A stretch of DNA of 64,000 nt from assembly GCA_951406725.2 (NCBI GenBank), contig OX597822.1:90520001-90584000 (forward strand), in the 5' to 3' direction. The DNA is from Octopus vulgaris (lineage: Eukaryota). Every line of letters begins with the position of its first letter. Position 1 is the stretch's first letter. The notes beneath the pieces were generated by a model. It was not told the origin of the DNA. It made no database searches and saw only the letters and a list, made by a program, of their open reading frames with translations. The translations under genes and the position numbers were made by a program. This document shows positions 12,301 to 26,700 of this stretch, piece by piece.

Positions 12301-15300
12301 TATACGACTGGCTTCTTTCGGTTTCCGTCTGCCAAATCCACTCACAAGGCTTTGGTTGGCCCAAGGTTATAGCAAAAGACACTTGCCTAAGGTGCCACGC
12401 AGTGGGACTGAACCCGGAACCATGTGGTTGGTAAACAAGCTACTTACCACACAGCCACTCCAAAAGCAAAACAACCAAATTAAATTAGTGAGTAAAACAA
12501 AAGATACACGACATTGTAAACAAACTGTTTGAGGTCTTTTATTGTCATCCTGTCTGAGATCACTCATACCCATCATTATTTATATTATAGTTACATGAAA
12601 ACACACTAAATGAGTTGCAAAGATAGTTATTAGAAAAAGGTTTCTTTGCCTGATCTAAGAGAACTGAGACCAACAACACATACCCAATTTTCAAAAGTAA
12701 TCATCATCATCATTTAACATCCATTTTCCATGATGACATGGGTTGGACAGTTTGACAGGGGCTGGTAAAGCAGGGGACTGCACCAGGCTCCATTGTCTGT
12801 TCTGGCATGGATTCTATAGCTGGGTCCCCTTCCTAATGCTAACTACATTATAGAATGTACTGGTTACTTTTTATGTGGCACCAGCATTGCAATCAATTGT
12901 TGTGGAGGACAGGTTTTCTTCAGTACAGAAGGTGACAGATATCTCAGGTCTTTGTAAGGCTCAGTGTATTAAGGCTGGCCTTCAGTACTTTGTTCTATGT
13001 CTTCCTGGGTTTCCCTCTCCCACGAGTTCCATCCACTTTAAATGAACAGCAATTCTGTATGCAACTAATTCCATAGCCATCACATGACCAAACCAACAGT
13101 CTTCTCTCTTGCTAACTGCATCTTAATTCTTCTTATGTCTGACTTTTCTCTCACTATACTCTGTTGCACATCCGGCAGAGCATATTAGCTTCATTCCACT
13201 TTAGTCTTCACATGACCCCTGCACATCTTTATTATTCATATACATACATCATACACTCTCTGAATATTCTCCATCCTATTCTTAGACTTTCCAGGCATCC
13301 TCCTCCACTGCTAATTAGGTTCCCTCAAGTAGCAGGAATTATCCACTGAGCCATCTGACAAAATCAATTTCCTGGGCATCTGTAGTTTTATGGCTCCGGT
13401 GCATTTTCCACATACAAACCGTACCTTTTCTGTTAACCTTCCCATTATTCCACTGCACCTCTAGTGTGGCCTTAGCTTGCACTGGGTACACCAAATGGAA
13501 TTCCTGCCTACACCTTTGCTAAGTTAACTTTAAGGCCCTTCACAGAAAAATGCTTTTAACTGAGGGAGAAAATGAAACAATGAAAATGTGCTATATTTTA
13601 AAATAAGTTTTATTACACATTTACAAGAAGAATATGTTAAAAGATGTAAAATAATTGTTTACATACTTGTTCTTCTTTCTTTCTTTGCATTTCTGCAAGC
13701 ATTCTTTCTTTTTCCTCTTCTTCCCTTCGTAACCTTTCTTCTTCTTCTTTCATTTTTTCCAAAGCTTCTTTTATTTTTGCAATCTGGTAAAAAAAGAAAA
13801 AAAAAAAAGTTCAAAATGTTTCAAACCTGATGAGGTATTCCCAATGTTTTTTTAACTGATTTACATGAATAACCGCAAAAAAATTTTCATGGGAAAATAA
13901 TACTGGATAAGAATTTCAGATAGTATTTACTGTCATAGCTTCACAAAAGACAGTAAGTTTTATAACAAATAAATAAATTTTTTAAATTCTCAGAAAATAC
14001 TAGAAAATATAAGACTTAATGGCACTTCAAGAATACTGGTAAAGCACTTCCAAATAAATCATTAACCCTGACTAAAACATGTAGAATTTATTAATAATAT
14101 TCTTACTGTATTTTCAAACTATGGTTTCTTTAATTTACATGCTCTAAAGTATTTTCTATTGCTTCTTTCTAACTAGATACCTTTAATGTATCTTGATTTC
14201 ACCCATAATTTCTCTTTTTGTAATTGTGAGTTGGCTTTAACTCACATGAACTTAAGTCTACTAAATTTTTACCTCATTTTCAATCTATATTCCTCTGTTT
14301 AAACCCAACTCTTTTTCTTTTCTTTATTTCTATTTCTCTTTGTTTTCGACTTTTCTACCTCAATGCCTTTGCTGATAGACATGAAAATTTGCAACCAACA
14401 AGCAGAAACCAGAATAGGAGATAACTGCTCCAGCAATAACAATGGCAGCCTATATAAGAAGCTCACCCAAAACTGCAAACAACATAAACAGGAGGGCAAG
14501 ATCATACTGTGATAAAGCTCCATGAGCCATCTGTATCTCTCTCTGTAATTTAGTTTATGGCATATTCTTCAAGTTTGCTCCAAAAAGTAGCATCCACACA
14601 TACATATAATCTATTTTCTCCAAGAATTAAACATATATTTCTCAGGGTTCCTTAACTGTCTTCTTCAATCACAATTAGTTACATGACTATTTTTCAATCT
14701 GCTTGAAGACAACTATCTCATTTGATCTTTCAGTGCTATCATAATCTTTGCAGAAGTAGAGACCACCATCTTTGCATACAGTGAATCATAATTTGTGTTG
14801 GTCTTTGTCTAGGATTAGCTGAGCTGGCTTCAACCAGTGAATCTAATGTCATAAACAAAAGCCAACCACACCTAATACAGCAGTGCTACACAAAGACTCA
14901 GTCAAGATTCCAATGACAGATATCATACACATGAAAAACATATCGATTCGAAATCTGACTTGATTGTATTAATCTGTTTCTAAATACATAATCCCAGAGG
15001 AGGCTCTGATGGAACATTTTTCTACTTAATTTCCAATCCACTGAAGACAATCATCGTATTTGATGGCCTATAAGATGTACCTTTTTTTTACTCCAAAATA
15101 GCTTAAGAAATCACCCTGCATCCAATGCACTCAATGTAAGCTCAGTTACACAAGTGGAGGAATTAAAACATTATTTTAGTGGTAATATATGAAACAATAC
15201 TTACATAAATAAATTATAGAGAATTTACCTGGCCTTTGGGTTTTTTTGTTTTTTCCACAACTTCTTCTTTTTTAACCTTTTTCTTTTTCTTATTTGTTTC

Positions 15301-18300
15301 AGGTTCTGCACTTCCTCCCCGAGAAGTATCATCATTATCTTCAGGCTTTGTATCAACTAAATTAAAATAAAGAAGAAAAAAATTATGCAACAAAAACAAA
15401 TTTAGACTGAAAGAGTCAACTAAATATCATACTTAATGTAAACAACTTGTTGAAAAGCAAATACATGGTGGTTCTATAACGAATAGATTCCAGTTGCAAA
15501 TGTGTTTTTTTTTTTTTGCATATAAATACATATTTAAGAAGGCTTCCATCAGTAAGGGTTTACCATATAACTGCATCTGGAATGTGCATCCATGGGACAA
15601 ATTTACACAAGACCAGCAGTTACCAATGCAGCAGGTCCTCACTTTCCATGCTACCTACGATGCTCATGAGCAGCTGGAACAAATACTACAAATCGTTTTG
15701 TCCAATGCCTTAACAATTCAGCCAATCCACAAATTTAAACAGATATTTTACCAATCCTGAAAAGGTGACAGGCAATGTTGACCTTGATGTAATTTAAGAT
15801 TAGAGGACACAGAACCAGAACAAACACAGCTAGGCATTTACCTCCTATACTCTTGCAACTTTGCCACTTGGCTTGTGTTGTCGTCGTGGTCATCATTTGT
15901 CCATGCCAGCATGGGTTGAACAGTTTGATCAGGGCTGACAAGCTGCACCAGATTTCAGTCTGATTTGGCATGGTTTTTATGGCTTGATGCCCTTCATAAC
16001 ACCAACCACTCCAAGAGTGTAATGGGTGCTTTTACGTGCCACCAGTATCTGCCATGACTACGATTTCACTCGGCTTGATGGATCTTCCTTCTCAAGCACA
16101 GCATATTGCCAAAGGTTTCAGTCATTTGTCATTGCCTCTGTGAGGCTCAGTGCTCAAAAGGTGCTTTTTATGTGCCACTGGCACATTTAGCATCTAATTT
16201 TCCATGCTTACATCGGTCATATGAAACTCAATGACAGATTTTCTGCAACTAGATGCCATAAAGAGAGAAAGAGAAGAATCAGTATTATGGAAATAGTATG
16301 TTCCTGAAAATCTTGCTGTAAGGCAATATTTTTCCTTCCTGTTACTTTTCCTCTTGTTATAAATTCAGAATGCTCGCTGGTAGATATTGGGAGGGGGCAG
16401 GGGCAATATAACCGTTTATGCACAAAAATAACCATTCCTAAACATACATAGTATATTATATACACTTACAAACAAATAGAAATATGTTAGAAATAAATTT
16501 GAATTGTAACATCATAATAGGGCATGTTCTTATCACAAAAGATGTTTACTTTGGGGAGGGGAATGGTGGTGGAATGATAAAGTTATGGTTCTTCATCATC
16601 AACATCTATCTGAGGGGCAAAGAACTTACTTCAAATTCTTTAGTATGATGCATCATCTCTGTAGAGATAAGTGTAGGATCTGAGCTCCATGTAATCTAAC
16701 TCTTGCCATATAAAGAAAAACAACCCAAAACTGCTTTCAATGGGATTAGTTTAGTGCTTGAGGGTTTGAAAACATCAAAATGCTAAACACGCAGCTAGCA
16801 GCCACAGGATGTTAGCATCAATAAACCGTTTAAGAGTAATATGAGAGGGCAATGGAGTAAATGGATGACTGAGGGGAATCATGACATGACACCAAGTGAA
16901 AAGATGAAACACCAATCAATATCTCAAGTGTGTAAATGGGTGCTGAAGTCATGTCTTGAAAAAAAAAATGTGGTATCACTAATGCTATGGATGGCACTGA
17001 AGACAACTTGTTGTGGGACTGAGAGTGATGATAGTTCTTCCCATAATGATTTAGAGCTTGGTGAGGAATTCTAGGATTTGAACTCAACTATTTTAGTGAA
17101 CATGATTTAAGAAATTTAGAGTTAACTTAAAATTTTTATTGTTCCCTTATCTGAAATTTTAATGTCTGATTTTTTACATCTCTGATTTTTTCCATATAAA
17201 CATTGACACTGATAATGATTCACTGACTGGCTTCTAACGGACAATATTTTCCATCATTCTCATGGAGATAAAAACAAAATACATAGAATGTAAACATTAC
17301 AGCCTGTTAAATACATAGAAAAGAAGTTTATATTAAAGATCTCCACTTATTTTAGAGGTTCTTCACCAAAAATTAATGCTATAATGGCAGATGAACAACT
17401 CGTGTGGATGGTGAAGGACCAGTCAAACAGCCTTGAGCAATGCCCAGCAGCATGTTGTACACACGAGATCATTGGCAGCAGTTGTAGTCAAACAATGCTA
17501 GCTGGTATGCAGGGAGTAATGGTGGGTGTGATAATGATGATCATGGTGTGTGTGTCACAAAATTAATTTTCAGGTCTGATTCTTATTTTGTCTGCTGTTT
17601 GACAACAACCTCAATGTTTGTTTACTGTTTGACAAAAACATTGAGATTGATGTGGGGAGGAGGTGGGTATTATAGAAAGTTGAGATGGGGGAACAGGGAA
17701 TTTTAACAAAGCTTAAATATTGAAATAAACGTTTTCCATTCAGAATCATGATCTTTTATTATATAGAATTTTTTTTAAAAATTAACAAAAAACTTGAGAA
17801 TGCAGGGTGGAGGTATTTGTAATTTTGAAAAGCTGTTAGCAGGCAAAAATCTTAATTGCCATTGTCATAAACAAAGAATTCAAAGAAAAATTGGGGTTGG
17901 GGGAAATAAAGGGAGTGGCAGTAGTATATTCAACATGTCTGCCTGTTTCTTCCACTTTTCAACAGTTTATTCTCAGTCCTGGCAATTTGTCAATACAGAT
18001 CATCACTTCTTTGCTTGGTTTCTAATATGTGTGCATGTGAGTACGCACGCATGCACACACACACATAACTATAGTTCAGTGCTCCAGTTATCATCCCCAA
18101 ATTCGATGCTTTTTTGTCTCTACTGTACCATCTTTTATGCAGTTTTTAGTATTAAATTACTGATTTAAGACAGTTCCAGAAAGACCACTAAACTACTTTT
18201 TCTAAAATAATAGAAACATGATAAATTGAAAATGAATTTAGGCCTTACTCCCTTTCCAATGCAACCAAGTTTTTTTATATGGTACCAACATGAAACAGAC

Positions 18301-21300
18301 TTTACAATTAGCTTTCATTCATTTAAACCTTTTAAGAAAGATTAACTATACTAAATTGCTTTTGCAAATAACACAGATGAGATGATATCAGTCATTATTT
18401 CCTCTTTAATTTAACCACTTTTACCTCATTCTCCTACAGCACCAATGATAAGTTTTACAGAATTAGATCTCTCTCATTGATATCTTATTTAAAAGTGTAA
18501 CAAAAATACAGAAATAAAGAAACTACACTACTTCAAAGCTACTTCTATGCATTATTCTCTCATTTTTTTAAATATGTATTTTATTCCAACGTTTAGGCAG
18601 AATTTGTCATTCATCTAACAGGCAGATCATAAAATCCAGAAGAAAGTAAATTTTAAAATAATATATTTTGTGAAATGAAATTAATTTTTCAGCCGGGTTA
18701 GTAACGATAGGGTTAAAGCCTGGTTCAACTCAGGAATAAAAGAAAATTGCACAATTTAAATAAATTATAAAGCTTCTTAATGCCTATTTATGGTTAAAAT
18801 ATTTGAATTTCATCTAGGTACAAAGGCACCCACAGTTTGTTTCCACCATGTAGCACTTCTTTTACTGGAATCAACTCCTCACTTTTCCTACAACACACCT
18901 AAAAAATCCTTTAAATTCAGAGTCACAATTAGTAAACCCGAGGCTCATAATTTTTAAAAGGGGCAAATTAATTTCATTTCCTAAGTTTTGACCATGGACA
19001 ATAAGTTTGATCAACAGAAGCACCTAATCATTGAATTAAGTTGCTAATACATACATACATCCTTAACACAATTCATAGGCCAAATGAGCAAGACACAGTA
19101 TGTGACAAGGCTGGACATTTGAATTATACGTACAATCCATTCAAGGAATTTCAACAATTTCCGTCAAATCAAATTGACTCTTAACCCTTTCATCACTGTA
19201 TTTATTATGAGATGCTCTGTGTTTCTTTCAATTACTTTAAATATAACAAAGAATTTAGTAAAAATAACTTAATTATTATTCAGCTAGTGTTAGAAACATA
19301 AATTGTGATAAGGTTTGGTGGAAGATTTTAATTTAAAACTTATGAAAGCAAGACATTTCTACTCAGAGCCAGAGCCGATTTCAGCCGGGTTAGTAACGAT
19401 AGGGTTAAAGCCTGGTTCAACTCAGGAATAAAAGAAAATTGCACAATTTAATTAAATTATAAAGCTTCTTAATGCCTATTTATGGTTAAAATATTTGAAT
19501 TTCATCTAGGTACAAAGGCACCCACTGTTTGTTTCCACCATGTAGCACTTCTTTTACTGGAATCAACTCCTCACTTTTCCTACAACACACCTAAAAAATC
19601 CTTTAAATTCAGAGTCACAATTAGTAAACCCGAGGCTCATAATTTTTAAAAGGGGCAGAACCGTGTAGAAGAGGGTGGGGGGACAAAAACCTGGGCTCTA
19701 ACATTGTTGGATAGTGTATATCTCATGAAGTGATTAGTTAGATCCTGGTAGTTGCCAGCATTTTGGTAACCTTTAACCAAAGACACTCCTAGATTTAAAT
19801 ATTCTCTACATTTTAGATAACACAAGAAAATAGCTACTTTCACACATAAAAAATATTCAGTATTAAAGATATAAACTAGTAATATGTTATCAGAGAATAT
19901 ATTTAGGAGTTAAAACTGGTAACCAAACCATAACTTTATGTCCCCCAAAGAACAAGATTTGTTGTGTTATTAGAATTCAATAGAAATGGGGAAAAAAAAG
20001 GTAACTGATCAATATTTTGAGAAAGGAACTTACGCAGATATAGTTTTAGAGCTTCAATCAAACATAAAATTAAATAGTCACAAGTCACAGTAAGCAAAGA
20101 ACAAATTATAAATAGTTTAAGAAGCAACTGCTGAAACTATTGAATCAGGCAAGTGCATGAGGTATGCAGGCTACTTCTATCTATTTACCAAATAAAGAAT
20201 TTAAACATCATCATTATTTAACGTCCATTTTCCATGCTAGCATGGGTTGGACAGTTCGACTGGGGTCTGGTAAGCCATGGAGGCTGCACCAGGCTCCAGT
20301 CTGATTTGGCAGTGTTTCTACAGCTGGATGCCCTTCCTAACGCCAACCACTCCGTGAGTGTAGTGGGTATTTTTTAGGAGCCAGCGTAGGCTGGCAAATG
20401 GCCACGATCGGTTGGTGGTTTTACGCGTCACCAACACGGACACCAGTCAGGCGACGCTAGTAACTGCCACGCTCGAACGGTGCTTTTACGTGTCACCAGC
20501 ACTGGTATCTTAACTACAATTACCATTTGAATTTTTGATGTTGACGAACTTGACTCAATAGGTCTCCTCAAGAACAGCGGGTCACTCTATGATCCAAGGT
20601 CAGCGCAGCAGGCTGTCCTGCAAGCATGAACTCACTTCATTTGTCGGGTCTTCGAATCCTCAAGAACAGCAAGTCACTCTACGATCCAAGGTTAGCACAC
20701 CAGGCCGTCCTGCAGGCCATGAACTCACTTCCTTTGTCGGGTCTTATATTTACCCCAAATTTGAAGGGGGCACAAAAAAGGTAATATTACATGTGTTGCA
20801 TCACATCTAGTTTCTCAAATAAGACAACTTTTTAAAATTTGCAAAACATCAGAGAACATTTTTTTTTAACTGGTTAGGAAAAAAAAAGAAAAAGTTAACA
20901 TTATAACTGCAAACTTACCATGATGTTCTGCAGAAGTTTCAACAACTTTTGGCTGAGTCTCAATTATCTTTTCTTTATCTTGTGTATCTGAATCCTTTTG
21001 TTTGTCCTGAATATAAATTTATTTTCAAATTAATGAAATTATAATAAAAGTATTCTTCAAATTATGTTACATTTTTCTTTCAAAATTGAATTTCACCCTT
21101 CCAAAATTTTAAAATGCATCTTTAATTTAAAATTTTGAATCAGATAACGTCACACACAAAATACTAAGAAAACTATCTATAACAAAACTGGAGACTGGAT
21201 TTGTTACCTAATCTGTATATTGGAAACTTCCAAAAACCACGTGGGATTTTTGAAACACTGCAAGTTGAATTCCTGCAAGTCCAAGTACAAATTTTTTTTT

Positions 21301-23761
21301 CTTGACATGTACAATATACTATGTTAGCATTCAGCCTCAAAGATCTATAATAAATTTTGTTATCTTTGGGTTCAATATATCCAATAAATGTTTAAGAACA
21401 CTTTAAATGTAAATAATCAAATAGAAATATAATAGTATTTCTACAAATATTAACACACAATTTCTATATTTTGAAATAGAATAATCTGAAAACATACCTG
21501 TTGTTTTTTCAATTTTTCACGTTCCTTTTTCTCTTTCTTTTTCTGAGCAGCAGCTTTTAGTTTTAAATCTTCATTGAGTTCATCTTTCACTTCTTCGCTC
21601 TTTTTCACTTCTTCACTCTTTTTCACTTCTTCACTCTTTTTCACTTCTTCACTCTTTTTCACTTCTTCACTCTTTTTCACTTCTTCGCCCTTCTTCACTT
21701 CTTCGCCCTTCTTCACTTCTTCGCCCTTTTTCCCTTCTTCGCCCTTTTTCCCTTCTTCGCCCTTTTTCACTTCTGAAACATTCGCTTCTGTATTGGCAGA
21801 TTTTTTTTTGTCTTTTTTGCCTTTTGGTTGTTTTTTTTCAGATGCTTTTTCAATATCAGCTAAAATAGCATCAATATCATCATACTCCTGTTCTAATTTG
21901 CCTTTTTTCTTCTTTTTGTCTTTTACTTTTTTAGATTGTTTACTTTGTGTAACAGTTTCAAGAACAATATCATTTGTTTCATCATCCGAATCCTTTCTGT
22001 CACTGTTCTAAAAACAGTATTTCCAAGCAAAAGGAATAAAATAAGAATTAGTAAAGAAAGATTATAACAGACATCTATTTATAACAGAAAAAGTTTAATT
22101 GCTCTAAAAAAACACAACCTATTAAAAGGAAATGTTATAAATTACAAGTAACTAGCTTTATGAAGGCAAACAGTTTAAAATGAAACTAACTTAACTTAGA
22201 ATTATCATTAATTTTGGAATGCAAGAACAGTAAAGCATGGGTGTGTGGCAACAACACTTCATAATCATGTCATTTTAGGTTCCATTACACAATACTGTAC
22301 TGAGGCTTTGGGCTGATCAATGATTTCATCATCATCATCGTTTAACGTCTGCTTTCCATGCTGGCATGGGTTGGACGATTTTGATTGAGGGCTGGCGAAC
22401 CAGATGGTTGCACCAGGCTCCAATCTTGATTTGGCAGAGTTTCTACAGCTGGATGCCCTTCCTAACGCCAACCACTCCGAGAGTGTAGTGGGTGCTTTTT
22501 ACATGCCAACGGCACAGTGGCCAGTCAGGCAGTACTGGCAATGACCTCGCTCGAATCCTTTTACACATGCCACCAGCACAGGTGCCAGTTAGGCGACTTT
22601 GGTAACGATCACACTCAAATGGTGCCCCTTTAAATGCCACTGGCACGGACGCCGGTTAGCCACTCTGTCAATGATCATGCTTGTATGGTGCTCTTTGCAC
22701 CCTGCCAGCACAGACGCCAGTCATCAAATTTGATTTTGATTTTGCTTTTGATTGATTTGATTTCACTTGCGAGTGATTTGTGAGTGAAATTTGTAGATGA
22801 GAACAGTACAGAAGCTTGTACTGTGTGCATGTGTGCATGTGCATGTGTGTGTGTGTGCGCGCACACGTGCGTGCACATATACACACGTACATGTTTAAAT
22901 ACATAATGCACATTTTTTTTACCACCATCTGGATGGTGGTAATGTCATATTTGTCTTCTGGAAACAATACATGCCTGAAAGAATTAAAATGTGAAATACA
23001 TTATCTTATTTGAAAACCTGGTATCGGTTGTGACAGTAAAGCCGTTAGGCTGTAGAATACTGCCTCAATAAGTCTTACAAAATCCATACTAGCATGGAAT
23101 AAAATGGATGTAAAAATAACAATGATGATAAAGAAAATGATTAAGAAATTAAAGACAAAGTTAGCAGAAGTGGCAGCAGCATCAGTTATAATACTTATAC
23201 TTATCAAAATTAATTTAAACATTTTTTATCAATAATATCTTCATAAATCAACTTGAACAATTATACTGGTATGGACATGTAATATGTATGAAAGATGACA
23301 AGTGGGTGTAGAAGTGCCAAGAGCTGAATATGGAAGGATCCAATGAAAGACCAAAGACTGCATAAAAGTCATGAATGTTAATCTCATGCTAGCATGGAGA
23401 GCAGATGTTATATATATATCTCTTTCTTCATTCACTGGTAGAGAAAAAAGAATTGTGTTGCATGGTCAACATCTTTGGATAATATCACTTCTTGGGCCAA
23501 AGTCAAATCTGGTCCAGTCAGCCACAGTACACTTGAAATTGTGGTGCTAGAGATCAGCTCACTACGGATTGGACTTGAGGTTGTCTTTAGACTGCCTTGG
23601 GTCATCTCAAGCATGACTACCCTCTCCAGGTCACTTTAGAATATCAGTCATGGCATTCTGGATTTATCTGTGTGGTCACATGGTCAGGCTATCCAAGCTG
23701 AGCCTTTAGGATACTGACTTCAACGCTTGTGGTATGTATATGTGGTACACACACATATTAT

Positions 23762-23797
<36 letters not shown>

Positions 23798-26700
23798 CAG
23801 TTACCTTTTCCATTGTTTGTGTGTGTTTCTGTATGACTTTCAAATAAAGGCAACACAACACACTTTAACCCTTTCGTTACTGTATTAATTTTGAGATGCT
23901 CTGTGTTTCTTTCAATTACTTTAAATATAATAAAGAAATTTAGTAAAATAACTTAGTTATCATTCAGCTAATGTTAGGGACATAAATTGTGACTAAGGTT
24001 TGGTGGAAGATTTTAAGTCAGAACTTATGAAAACAAGACATTTGTATTCAGAGCCAGTTTCAGCCGGGTTGGTAACGAAAGGGTTAAAGATAGACTTTCA
24101 CTAAAATGACAGGATGTTGTTGAGCATATCAATTAGATAATTGTAGTAGGCTTCTGCTGGATCTATTTCATCTTGACTAGATCATTACCTGGCAGCATAG
24201 TGACAGGTACAACTAGTTTTTAAAGAAAGATAATGAAGCACTCATGTAAAATAATTACTGAGAACGAGCAGTTTGCAAGTAAATTCAAATTAAACTTACT
24301 GAGTCGTCGTCATCTAACATATTCAACAGATTAAAAGACGCAACAGCTTTACTCTTTTTTTTCTTTTCTTTCTTTGAGTGTACTTGGTCATCTTCTTTGT
24401 CAGAATCAGAAGATTCTTCCGCAATAACTTTCTTGGATTTCTAGAAAGATCAAAAATAAAAATTTTATTACAAACATTATGCAAGTATTCAAGCAATTTT
24501 TGTTGAAACATTTTATGAGATTTCATCATTTTTTACAGTTTTTCTAACATAAAAAGTGATTTATCATGCTGCTATAATTGATAAAATTTTTGCCTAGATA
24601 TACAACCTGCTTAAACATGTTATACATTTCAAGGGTGTTCCAAACAGTAGCGACACTTAATTTGAAGGCAACAATACACTTATAATTAATGTTAATTGAT
24701 TCTTTTTATTTAATCAAAATTCAAACTGTATGAATAAAAAATTGTTTTACTCTTTTAAATTATACTCTTACTTGTTTCAGTCATTTGACTGTGGCCATGC
24801 TGGAGCACTGCCTTTAGTTGAGCAAATCAACCTCAGGACTTATTCTTTGTAAGCCTAGTACTTATTCTATTGGTCTCTTTTGCCGAACAACAAAAGTTAT
24901 GGGGACATATACACACCAGCATCGGTTGTCAAGTGATATTGGGGGGACAAACACAGACACACAAACATACACACACATATATATATTGGATGAATGTTTT
25001 TCTAATTTCAACCTGCACCCAAATTGTTTTCCTTATTCTTCAAAATTTTTTGTCATATAAAACTAGTCTAAATGATTATTTTAGAATTTAATTGAAACTC
25101 ATGAGGGGTGTATTTTAGTCAGAAATATAGTAACAAAAGGGTTAACAAAAACAATATAAGCAGATTTTAGTGACACTATCATCGAAAACAAGCAGCAAGT
25201 TTGAATTCAAAATGTTTTTGAAAGAAAACATAGGAAACTAAGAAAATATACTACAAACATAAAAACGTGATTATGAATTGGATATTTCTTTTTCCAAAAG
25301 TGAAATGATTTTGACAAAAAATTCTAATAGTTACATAAGAGAAAAAAAAGAATTTGTACCTGACTTAGGAGATACCTAGTCATAGTCTTTGTAAGGAAAC
25401 AAAACTATTTTACTTTTTCCTTTGAACCAGTTACTGCGAAAACGAATCATTATGCAGAACATAAATAAAGAGGATAGAAGAAATTTCTTTTGAAGGTTTT
25501 CCGCATACTTGAAATAAAGCACTTTTAGGAATATTGTGTGTGTGCGTACATGAATTTTGATTTATATTTTTCAAATTTACCTTGTTTGCATAATCCTTCT
25601 CTATCAAAATTTTGTTGAATACTCATTGAATATTAATTAGCTAACTTATTTCCTGTGCTGATGTTTAAACAAAATTTTAATAATTTTATATTTTGCTGAA
25701 TTTAACTGTATTTACCAGTAATTATATTTGCTTTGAGACAATTGTTAAATCATGCTCCAAAACTTACATCAATGTGTTGATAAATAAAAAAAAGAGTTGT
25801 TTCATTATGAACAAACTAGCAGCATCGCCCGGCGTTGCTTGGGTTTGTAAGGGAAATAACTATATAAGCATTTTTAGAGAGTTATAGCCAAAAAATGCAT
25901 TAAAAATGGGAAAAAAATTATGGTAAATTTTTTTTTAAATCATTGACTCATCATAGACATTTTTAGAGAGTTACTTCCCTTATATAATAGCGAAAAAAAT
26001 GCATTAAAATGGGAAAAAATGATGGTAAATTTTTTTTTAAATCGTAGACTCATTGTAGACGTGCGCTAATACCCAGAAGGGCCTCGATATGAATCACGAC
26101 TATAAGATACCTGGTTTTGGTTAAACTGCACCGCAAAATGTGGGAGTAGTTAGGAATCTAAATCGTAGGAGACAGACACACAACTTGACTTTTATATATA
26201 AAGATAACATACAGAAAACCTGGTTATTTTTGTTTTGCATACAAATCTCTAAGATAAATGCTATTTGTTATTTCAAAATAAAAGAATCCAAACACATGGA
26301 GTTTCTCCATGTAGTCGGAGGAATGTAACCAAGATTTAACTAGTATCTGGTGTGGCTACAAGACTGTAAACCTACTTTCACTATGACTGAAAAAAAATGC
26401 TGTTGAGCAAACTGACTGGTGAATTTACAGACATGCATGTAAATTCACTTACTTTCTCAGATTATAATATTTTCTCACCCCACTCCCCAATTCTGTTGGT
26501 CCTTATTTCTGATTCCCCCTCCCTAATAACGAGATTTATGCCCAAATATATTGGGCATATACGTTTTAAGTGGAGGTTGAATGCAAAATACACATATGTA
26601 GTATGTATTTTCGTTGTTTTGTTCTGGAACGGAACCTATAGAAATGGACAAACAAGAATAATTGTTCCATGCAAACATACACACACACAAAGAGATGTTT

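Noticed and set aside
13827-13860. CTGATGAG as a hammerhead core or snoRNA box C
   Set aside because: No stem II/GAAA follows, and it is on the strand opposite the host transcript. No intronic snoRNA could be supported by eye.
21574-22011. 145-aa plus-strand ORF with FFTSS repeats
   Set aside because: Antisense shadow of eIF5B exon 4.
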